A DNA stretch of 64,000 nucleotides, from positions 20,577 through 84,576 of the forward strand of contig JAJTCJ010000034.1 in assembly GCA_021323165.1 (NCBI GenBank), read 5' to 3'. Position 1 is the stretch's first letter, and each line of letters opens with the position of its first letter. Source of the DNA: Bacteroidota bacterium. Its GTDB lineage: Bacteria > Bacteroidota > Bacteroidia > 2-12-FULL-35-15. Made by a program: the position numbers and the translations under genes. The notes below the pieces were generated by a model. That model saw only the letters and a list, made by a program, of their open reading frames with translations. It made no database searches and was not told the DNA's origin. Of this stretch, positions 19,201 through 26,500 are shown piece by piece.

Positions 19201-20709
19201 GGCAAAAAGTGCGGAAAACATATGAAATCTGTTCAGGCCTTTGCAAATGAGAACGGACAGGCTATAATTTCAGGAATAGAAAAGACCGGGAAATTTGAAA
19301 TGAATTTTGACGGAGAAGCTATTGTTCTTGATGCTGAAGATGTTGAGATAATTCCGGTGGATATCCCGGGATGGAAAGTCGCTAATTTTGGACAACTTAC
19401 TGTTGCTCTGGATGTTACGATAACTCCTTCTTTAAAAGAAGAGGGTATAGCCAGGGAATTGGTAAACAGGATCCAGAATCTTCGAAAGGACAGTCAGATG
19501 GAGGTTACAGACAAGATAGAGGTGAAAATCCAGAGAAATTCTGCTATTAATGCGGCAGTCAATAATAATTTGAACTATATTTGCGCGGAAATTCTGGCAT
19601 CTTCCCTCGAATTAGTTGATACTGTGGAAGCTACGCATGGCTCTGAGATCGAATTAGATGAGGATACCAAAACATTAATTACAATAACTAAACTCAAAAA
19701 CACCAATGTGGCTAAAAAACCGGCTAAGAAGGCAGCACCTAAAAAAGCGGCAAAACCTGTGAAGAAAGCGGCTCCTAAGAAAGCGGCAAAACCTGCAAAA
19801 AAAGCAATAGCTAAAAAGCCTGTTAAAAAAGTGGTGGCTAAAAAACCTGTAAAAAAGGTTGTAGCAAAAAAAGTTGTTAAAAAAGCAGCACCTAAAAAGG
19901 CTGTTAAGCCTGTAAAAAAAGCGGTAGCTAAAAAAGTTGCGCCTAAAAAAGCAGTTGCAAAGAAAATAGTTAAGAAGGCTGCTCCTAAAAAGGTAGCACC
20001 AAAGAAAGCTGTTAAAGCTCCTGCAAAAAAAGTGCAGTCTAAACCAATCGCAAAAGCAGTAGCAAAAGTTGTTAAGACTGTTGTGAAAGCTGTTACTAAA
20101 GCAGTAGTAAAAGCGGATGTTAAAGCAGCAGCAGCAGTAGTGAAACCTGTAGTACTGGAAAAACCTGTTGTAAAAAAGCCTGCACCGGCTCCTAAGAAAA
20201 GAGATCGCGATATGGACCTTGATGATGATGGAAGAAGCAGCAGCCGTGATGATGCTCCGATGATCGTTGAATACAAAACACCATCGATCCGCAGACCACA
20301 AGGACCTGCACCTAAACCACATATCAATACAGATACACGTACAAGATATAACGATTCGGAATTAAAAGAATTTAAAGAGCTGATCCAGAAAAAACTTTCT
20401 GAAGCTCAAAAAGATTACGAATTATTGAAGAGCACGTTGTCTCACAAGGATGATCATGGAACTGACGATACTTCTCCTACATTCAAGTTACTTGAAGATG
20501 GATCTGATGTATTATCAAAAGAAGAAACAGCACACCTTGCTTCACGCCAGGAAAAATTCATTCAGAACTTGCAGAATGCATTGATCCGTATCGAAAATAA
20601 AACATACGGTATCTGCCGCGCAACAGGAAAGCTTATCTCTAAGGAACGTTTAAGAAGTGTACCTCACGCTACTTTAGCGATCGAAGCGAAGCTTGAACAG
20701 AACGCTTAA
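16264..20709 (+). CDS. ileS: Isoleucine--tRNA ligase (type 2) continuing in frame into a K/A/P-rich H1-like repeat and a DksA/TraR-like C-terminal domain
   Basis: Class I signatures PSANGLPGIHH (HIGH-type) and KMSKRLGN (KMSKS). The full-length IleRS body runs to ..ELDEDTKTLITITKL (about aa 1144). No stop follows, and the frame runs on to 20709. Confidence 0.9.
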   Translation: MSIKYKEYKGLNLSQTAKDMQLIWDKNNTFEKSITSRDGKEPFVFYEGPPSANGLPGIHHVMARSIKDIFCRYKTQKGFQVKRKAGWDTHGLPIELSVEKTLGITKEDIGKKITVEQYNVECRKDVMKYTDVWADVTAKMGYWVDMDNPYITYENKYIESVWWLLNNLYSKGAIYKGFTIQPYSPAAGTGLSTHELNQPGCYRDVKDRTAVAMFKVRQDISNFSFGECGTDIYFLAWTTTPWTLPSNTALAVGKNIDYVLVKTFSPFTFLPVSVILAKELVGKHFSDKNKELKLSDYKEGDKAIPFEIINEFKGAQLAGVRYDQLLNFAQPTDGDAFRVITGDFVTTEDGTGIVHIAPSFGADDFRVAKQNGIGSLTLVDKRGKFVPEVKDETFLYGEEYVKEAYLTDEEKETEFKHQKKVLESAGKIKELKAYLSVDERIVLKLQEEGKLFKKETYEHSYPHCWRTDKPVLYYPLDSWFIKTTDFKDRMIDLNKTINWKPESTGTGRFGNWLENLNDWNLSRSRFWGIPIPIWTSEDRTEQICIGSVEQLKTEIENAVWKGAMESNPLTKFQPGDNSKENYDTFDLHKPYADNIVLERNGKKLFREPDLIDVWFDSGAMPYAQLHYPFENKELIDKKKYYPADFIAEGVDQTRGWFFTLHAIATMCFDSVAFKNVVSNGLVLDKNGQKMSKRLGNAVDPFKTIEQYGPDATRWYMITNAAPWDNLKFDIEGIAEVQRKFFGTLHNTYSFFALYANVDNFNYTEAEVPLNERQEIDRWILSELNSLIKKVDEAYNDYEPHRAGRYIESFVDEHLSNWYVRLCRRRFWKGDYSTDKIAAYQTLYRCLEVIAQLSAPIAPFFMDRLFSDLNDATGHHKQSSVHLSNFPVADTKVIDKDLEERMELAQKISSMVLSIRKKENIRVRQPLNKIQIPVLDDSYKSKIEAVKDLIMSEVNVKTLELVDESQTQIVKNLKLNFKTLGKKCGKHMKSVQAFANENGQAIISGIEKTGKFEMNFDGEAIVLDAEDVEIIPVDIPGWKVANFGQLTVALDVTITPSLKEEGIARELVNRIQNLRKDSQMEVTDKIEVKIQRNSAINAAVNNNLNYICAEILASSLELVDTVEATHGSEIELDEDTKTLITITKLKNTNVAKKPAKKAAPKKAAKPVKKAAPKKAAKPAKKAIAKKPVKKVVAKKPVKKVVAKKVVKKAAPKKAVKPVKKAVAKKVAPKKAVAKKIVKKAAPKKVAPKKAVKAPAKKVQSKPIAKAVAKVVKTVVKAVTKAVVKADVKAAAAVVKPVVLEKPVVKKPAPAPKKRDRDMDLDDDGRSSSRDDAPMIVEYKTPSIRRPQGPAPKPHINTDTRTRYNDSELKEFKELIQKKLSEAQKDYELLKSTLSHKDDHGTDDTSPTFKLLEDGSDVLSKEETAHLASRQEKFIQNLQNALIRIENKTYGICRATGKLISKERLRSVPHATLAIEAKLEQNA
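19708..20202 (+). repeat. Low-complexity coding repeat: Lys/Ala/Pro/Val-rich (AAPKKAAKPxKK, PVKKVVAKK units), histone-H1/AlgP-like
   Basis: Translation VAKKPAKKAAPKKAAKPVKKAAPKKAAKPAKKAIAKKPVKKVVAKKPVKKVVAKK...KKPAPAPKK. Adjacent 36-nt and 27-nt units are near-duplicates at the DNA level. Confidence 0.9.
20335..20706 (+). other. DksA/TraR-family domain (normally a separate ~125-aa gene between ileS and lspA in Bacteroidota)
   Basis: TRYNDSELKEFKELIQKKLSEAQKDYELLK..DDTSPTFK..SRQEKFIQNLQNALIRIENKTYGICRATGKLISKERLRSVPHATLAIEAK matches my recollection of the Bacteroidota TraR/DksA-family protein. Confidence 0.7.
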
Positions 20710-20731
20710 TTTTATTGTATTATATTTTAAG

Positions 20732-20766
20732 AAGGCTGCCGATTGGCAGCCTTTTTTGTTTTATTT
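20732..20766 (+). terminator. Intrinsic terminator after the ileS fusion ORF
   Basis: AAGGCTGCC-GATT-GGCAGCCTT followed by TTTTTGTTTTATTTTTT. Confidence 0.8.
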
Positions 20767-20769
20767 TTT

Positions 20770-21025
20770 GTCATACTGAGCGTAGCCGAAGTATCTTCTG
20801 TGAGAAAAGCAGGATTTTGGTGATGAATCATTTTACCGCTCTTGCTGAAATGAAAAGAAAGAGTAACACCGGGAGAATATGATTCTAATTATGAATCGAA
20901 ACGAGTCAAGATTCCGAAGCCGCGGGTGAGGCCTGATGGGGGAATCTTAAAGGGCGGAGGTCACTCTGAGCTTGTCGAAGAGTGGGGGTAAGCCGACTCA
21001 AATGTTTCGACAGGCTCAACATGAC
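20770..21025. repeat. Intergenic repeat cluster: three family-1 hairpins plus a ~105-nt element also present (inverted) at 48404-48523
   Basis: The hairpins are GTCATACTGAGCGTAGCCGAAGTATC (20770-20795), GTCACTCTGAGCTTGTCGAAGAGTG (20960-20985) and the reverse complement of GTCATGTTGAGCCTGTCGAAACAT (21002-21025). Between them, 20826-20930 aligns by eye with the reverse complement of 48404-48523. Confidence 0.7.
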
Positions 21026-21076
21026 AGACGCACAAGTTGAGCACAATTTAAAAACAAAAGTATAGCAGTATTTTTA

Positions 21077-21084
21077 TACTTTTG
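21077..21084 (+). promoter_or_regulatory. -7 promoter box TACTTTTG upstream of lspA
   Basis: Exact TAnnTTTG match, 20 nt upstream of the GTG start at 21104. Confidence 0.45.
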
Positions 21085-21103
21085 TACCCATAAAATAGCA
21101 TTT

Positions 21104-21754
21104 GTGAAAAAGCCACTCTTCATTGTCCTTCTTATTCTCCTGATCGATCAGGTAATCAAAATATATGTAAAAACTCATTTCTTTCTAGGAGATGAATACC
21201 GTATAACGGACTGGGCAATCATTCACTTTACAGAAAATAACGGGATGGCTTATGGAATGGAGTTTGGCGGAGAGTTCGGCAAGCTTTTTCTAAGCATATT
21301 CAGAATAATAGCTGTAGCCGGTATCGGTTACTACTTATACAAACTCACTAAACTTAACGAAGACAGATTATACATTATATGTATCGCGCTGATATTTGCC
21401 GGGGCTGTAGGAAATATTATTGACAGCGCCTTTTACGGTATGCTCTTCAGCGATAGCGGATACGAAATTGCCCGTTTTATGCCGGAAGAAGGTGGCTATT
21501 CTTCATTCCTTCATGGAAAGGTGGTAGACATGTTTTATTTCCCAATCATAGAAGGACATTTTCCTTCATGGTTCCCGATCTGGGGAACAGAAGATTTTAT
21601 ATTTTTCAGGCCGGTATTTAATTTTGCTGACTTTTCAATCAGTGTAGGTGTTCTGATAATTATTCTTTATCAAAAACGCTTTTTTTCAAAGAAGGCAGAA
21701 GCTGACAACAAGGATGCGATTACACCTTCGGCTGAGCCAACTATTACTCCGTAA
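21104..21754 (+). CDS. lspA: Lipoprotein signal peptidase (signal peptidase II)
   Basis: Four-TM protein with HFTENNGMAYGM, GNIIDSAFYG, VVDMFYFP and FNFADFSISVGV motifs typical of LspA. Conserved position after ileS/dksA. Confidence 0.9.
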   Translation: MKKPLFIVLLILLIDQVIKIYVKTHFFLGDEYRITDWAIIHFTENNGMAYGMEFGGEFGKLFLSIFRIIAVAGIGYYLYKLTKLNEDRLYIICIALIFAGAVGNIIDSAFYGMLFSDSGYEIARFMPEEGGYSSFLHGKVVDMFYFPIIEGHFPSWFPIWGTEDFIFFRPVFNFADFSISVGVLIIILYQKRFFSKKAEADNKDAITPSAEPTITP

Positions 21755-21787
21755 TATCTTCAGGAATTCACTGTTAGAATACATGTT

Positions 21788-21825
21788 AAGCAGATCTTAA
21801 TTCGTTTGGATCTGCTTATTTTTTA
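21788..21825 (+). terminator. Intrinsic terminator after lspA
   Basis: AAGCAGATC-loop-GATCTGCTT followed by ATTTTTT. Confidence 0.7.
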
Positions 21826-21907
21826 TGGTATTACAGAACTCTTTAATTTATTTCTTTTAAACCATTAAGTTTTCGTGGCTTGGTATAAAAATAGTGTTGA
21901 ATCTTTT

Positions 21908-22300
21908 ATGAAATTTACGGGAATTAAGGAAACGTGTATCTATGTTAAAGATCTTGATAAAACTCAGGAGTTTTATCAGGATAAGCTGGGCTTAAAAGTA
22001 AAAGGACGGATCGAAGAGATGCATGTTTTTTTTGAAGCGGGAAGATCCATGCTTTTATGTTTCATGGCGCATAAAACAAAGAAGGGAGGTATTCTGCCTT
22101 CACATGGTGCAGAAGGCTGTATTCATTTTGCTCTTGAAGTCGAACCTAAAGATTACATTGAAACCAAGATAGAGATCCTTCAAAAAGGAATAAAGATCGA
22201 GCATGAGCAGGATTGGGGCAGAGGTCTGCATTCCTTTTATTTCCGTGATCCTGATGGTCACTTGGTGGAGGTTGTTGCATCCGGAATCTGGGACCCCTAA
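21908..22300 (+). CDS. VOC (glyoxalase/bleomycin-resistance/dioxygenase) family protein
   Basis: MKFTGIKETCIYVKDLDKTQEFYQDKLGL...HFALEV...FYFRDPDGHLVEV is the VOC beta-alpha-beta-beta-beta pattern. I prefer ATG 21908 over GTG 21875. Confidence 0.7.
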   Translation: MKFTGIKETCIYVKDLDKTQEFYQDKLGLKVKGRIEEMHVFFEAGRSMLLCFMAHKTKKGGILPSHGAEGCIHFALEVEPKDYIETKIEILQKGIKIEHEQDWGRGLHSFYFRDPDGHLVEVVASGIWDP

Positions 22301-22301
22301 A

Positions 22302-23291
22302 TTAAACAAGCTTTTTCTCGATCAGGTATTCCGCGATCTGGATCGCGTTTGTTGCTGCGCCCTTCCTTAGGTTATCTGAAACGATCCACATATTAAGTGT
22401 TTTTGGCTGCGTTTCATCTCTTCTTAATCTTCCAACAAATACTTCATCTTTATCATGAGCATCCATCGGCATCGGGTACTTTAAGTTTTTAACATCATCA
22501 GTTAAAATAATTCCCGGTTCGTTTTCAAGAATCGATCTTACATCGTTCATCTCAAATTCATTTTCAAACTCCACATTCACACTCTCGCTGTGGCCACCCA
22601 TTACAGGGATGCGGACGGTTGTTGCGGTCAGGCGAATCGAATCATCTCCCATGATCTTCTTTGTTTCGTTCACCATTTTCATTTCCTCTTTTGTGTAACC
22701 ATTATCAGTAAATACATCAATATGAGGAATTACATTCATATCAATAGGATACGCATAAGCCATTTCTCCTTTTATTCCTTTACGTTCATTCATCATCTGG
22801 TCAACAGCTTTAACTCCCGTTCCGGTAACAGATTGATATGTGGAAACCACAATTCTTCTGATCTTATATTTTTTATGTAATGGATTTAGAGCAACAACCA
22901 TTTGTATAGTTGAACAGTTAGGATTAGCGATGATCTTATCTTCCTTCGTTAGCTTATCCGCATTGATCTCAGGTACCACAAGTTTTTTACCTGTATCCAT
23001 TCTCCAGGCAGATGAATTATCGATCACAGTTATGCCGGCTTCCGCGAATTTTGGCGCCCATTCAAGTGAAGTGCTTCCACCTGCAGAAAATAATGCGATA
23101 GCAGGTTTCATGTCAATGGCAGTCTGCATGCTTACAACTTTAAACTTTTTTCCTTTGTAAGAAACCTCTTTTCCAACCGATCTTTCTGAAGCAACGGGAA
23201 TTAATTCTGTTATCGGAAAATTACGTTCCTCAAGAACCTGGATCATTTTTGTTCCTACTAGTCCTGTTGCGCCTACTACTGCTATTTTCAT
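22302..23291 (-). CDS. asd: Aspartate-semialdehyde dehydrogenase
   Basis: MKIAVVGATGLVG (NAD(P) fold), NPNCSTIQMV (active-site Cys) and a 329-aa length typical of the short Asd form. Confidence 0.9.
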   Translation of the reverse strand: MKIAVVGATGLVGTKMIQVLEERNFPITELIPVASERSVGKEVSYKGKKFKVVSMQTAIDMKPAIALFSAGGSTSLEWAPKFAEAGITVIDNSSAWRMDTGKKLVVPEINADKLTKEDKIIANPNCSTIQMVVALNPLHKKYKIRRIVVSTYQSVTGTGVKAVDQMMNERKGIKGEMAYAYPIDMNVIPHIDVFTDNGYTKEEMKMVNETKKIMGDDSIRLTATTVRIPVMGGHSESVNVEFENEFEMNDVRSILENEPGIILTDDVKNLKYPMPMDAHDKDEVFVGRLRRDETQPKTLNMWIVSDNLRKGAATNAIQIAEYLIEKKLV

Positions 23292-23327
23292 GGGTTTTAC
23301 TCTCGTTTTTAAAGCTGAATGAAGATT

Positions 23328-23452
23328 AAAAAAAAGCCTCTCCGTTTTGGAAAGGCTTCAATGTTATATGATAAAAACATTAATCAACCTTTCCTCAGGA
23401 AACGTTTCTTGCTGTCTTTTATGTTCTCGCTTATCATGGTGATGCAAACCTA
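23328..23452 (-). promoter_or_regulatory. asd leader: -7 box, short uORF, alternative hairpins and an intrinsic terminator (candidate attenuator)
   Basis: All on the minus strand. TAGGTTTG box (23445-23452). ATG at 23437 opens MISENIKDSKKRFLRKG-stop (ends 23384). Segments TTTCC / GGAAAGG / GCCTTTCC / GGAGAGGC can pair 1:2, 2:3 or 3:4. The 3:4 hairpin (23336-23356) is followed by U8 (23328-23335), 36 nt before asd ATG 23291. Confidence 0.4.
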
Positions 23453-23592
23453 ATTTATTTTTCCCGAACCCACAAAAAAAACAGAATGTTCCGGAATTTA
23501 TACAAGCTTTATGGGTCAATTTTAATACTCGTATAATATGCGAATACCTTCATTTTCCTTATATTTACCAAAGGTTTTGAAAAAAGGAGAAC

Positions 23593-26500
23593 ATGCGTAA
23601 AATTTATTTATTATTTATATTTATATCTTCAGTTTTATCCGCACAGGTTAGTGATGATTTTACAGACGGGGATTTTACTTCGTCACCGGTGTGGTCGGGA
23701 AATACTTCTGATTTTACTATTGTGACAGTAGGCACTGATCAGCAATTACGCTCTAATTCCAATGCTGCGAGCTACGGATTTTATCTGAGTACGCCTTCAA
23801 CCGCTGCTTCCAATTCACAATGGGAATTTTTTGTAAATCTTCAATTTGCTACTTCATCCGCTAACTATGTTGATGTTTACCTTACATCTGATTCTCCTAA
23901 TCTTACAAGTGCAACCCATAGTGGTTATTTTGTGAGGATCGGAAATACAAGTGATGAAATAAGTTTATATAAACGCGTTTCAGGAACTAATACTGAAATA
24001 ATTGATGGTATAGATGCGATCACGAACGGCACAAACAATATCATGAAAATAAAGGTTACCCGGGATGCTTCTAATTTATGGACACTGCAGCGCGATATGA
24101 CAGGAGCAGGGGCAAGTTATTTTACCGAAGGCTCTGCTGTTGATGCTTCTGTTTTAACTTCCTCGCATTTTGGAATATTCATTCAGCAATCAACAGCGAC
24201 TTTCCATTTAAAACATTTCTTTGATGATTTTAGTGTTGGGCCAATAATTGTTGATACAACTCCACCTTCAATTTTATCTTCAACTGTAATCTCATCAACT
24301 CAGCTGGATGTTTTGTTTGATGAGAATGTAGATCTAAGCCCATCGCAAACAATTGCAAACTACAGCGCTGATAACGGACTCGGAACGCCTTTGTCTGCAG
24401 TTCGTGATGCTTCCAATCTTGCATTGGTCCATCTGACTTTCTCAGGTTCTTTTACAAATGCTCTTACAAATAATCTTACAGTGAACAATGTTCAGGATCT
24501 TAGCGGAAACTCTATTGTTTCGGGTACAAGTTCCTTTACTTATTTCGCTCCTGTGACAAGTGTTTATAAGGATGTAATAATTACAGAGATTTATGCTGAT
24601 CCAAGCCCTGTGGTTGCATTGCCGGCAACAGAATTTGTTGAAATTTATAACAGGGGAACAACAACGTTCAATATTTCGGGTTGGAAATTCACTGACGGTT
24701 CTTCTACAGCAACTTTAAGTAGTTACAATCTTGCTCCTAACCAATATCTCATTATTTGTCCGGTTACAGATACTGCTTCCTATTCTCCATATGGTTCCGT
24801 AATGGGTGTCAGCAGCTTCCCATCTTTAAATAATACCGGTGATAATTTATATCTTAAAAACAACGCGCTTGTTGTTATTGATTCTGTTAATTATTCAGAT
24901 GCATGGTATCAGGATGCTATTAAAGACGATGGCGGATGGACGCTTGAACTTATTAATCCGGATATTTCCGGGAACTGTTCTCCTTCAGGAAATTGGATCG
25001 CATCTGTAAATACAAATGGCGGAACTCCGGGAATTCAGAACAGTGTTCATTCAACAGCGCCTGATATTACTTCCCCAACAATTGTATCAGTTTCTGTGAT
25101 AGACTCCACACATGTTTCTGTTTGTTTTTCAGAAGCGATCGATGCATCCCAGATCAATGTTCTGAATAATTACTCGATTAATAATGGAATAGGTTCTCCT
25201 ATCGCTGCGATAGCTAGTACTACAGGTGCTTGCATAGAACTGACTTTAAACGCGACATTGAATTCTTCAACTACTTATACTCTTACAACTACTAATTTGT
25301 CGGATTGTTCAGGTAATTCACTTAATCCCGTTACTGCGACTTTCGATTACTATAAAGTAAAACCTTTTGATATAGTTATCAATGAAATAATGGCTGATCC
25401 GGATGTAACTATGGGTTTACCTGCCATCCAGTATGAGTATGTAGAATTACATAACCGAACTGCCTATTCAATTAATCTGAACAACTGGACTTATACTTCG
25501 GGCACAACAACAAAAGTGCTTCCGAATATAAATGTAGCGGCTAACGGTTATATTGTTTTAACATCTTCAACTAACAGTGCTTCATTTCCTGCAAGTGCAA
25601 ATGCTTTTGGTATCACAAGTTTTCCGGGCTTAACAAATACCGGACAAACTTTAACCTTACGTTCATCTCAAGGTGTTGTTATCTCTTATGTATCATATAC
25701 TGATGCATGGTATCAGGATGCAGTGAAGAAAAACGGTGGCTGGAGCATTGAACAGATCGATCCTGATAATCCTTGTGCCGGAGCAAATAATTGGAGAGCA
25801 TCTAATAATGTGAATGGAGGTACACCTGGTGCTGTTAACTCTGTTAATGCATCAAATCCTGATAATTCAGCGCCTAAAGTTGTAAGGGTTGCAATTATAG
25901 CGACTGACACTATCCAGTTGTTTTTTAACGAACCATTAGATAGCCTCACATTACTGAATCCTGCACTTTTTACAATTGATAATTCGATTGGCACTCCAAC
26001 ACAGGTTGTTGCCGTTGGTCCCGATTTTAGAAGTGTTCGTTTAGCGCTTGCTGCTCCTATACTTTCCGGCATTATCTACAAAGCTACTGTTAACAATGCA
26101 GTAACAGATTGTATCGGAAATCCGGTTGGAGGAGAAAACTCTGCACTTTTCGCTTTACCACAGCCTGCTCAGGCAATGGATATAGTGATCAACGAAGTTT
26201 TGTTTGATCCGAATACTGGGGGAGTGGATTTTGTAGAGGTATATAATCGCTCGAATAAAGTGATCGATCTCGCAACAATGACGCTATCTCAATATGATAC
26301 TATAAATAATATTCCGGTTTTTCCTGAGATCATTTCAACTGACGGATACCTGATCTTCCCCGGTGATTATGTTGTATTAAGCGAGAATGGCGATGCTGTT
26401 AAAAGTCAGTATCATACTTCTAATCCTGAAGGGTTTCTTGATATGACTAATCTTCCCACTATGAGTATTTCCGGAGGTACAGTTTGCTTAGCTGTGGGCT

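Noticed and set aside
19575-20327. Two long antisense ORFs (250 and 215 aa) opposite the 3' part of ileS.
   Set aside because: They exist only because the AAG/AAA/GCN/CCN-rich K/A/P tract has no stop codons on the opposite strand. Their translations (F/L/A/T or C/F/R runs) are non-protein-like.
23292-23592. Lysine riboswitch (L-box) or another known riboswitch in the asd leader.
   Set aside because: I could not recognise the conserved L-box helices or core, and the leader is short (about 145 nt). It is reported only as a generic attenuator candidate.
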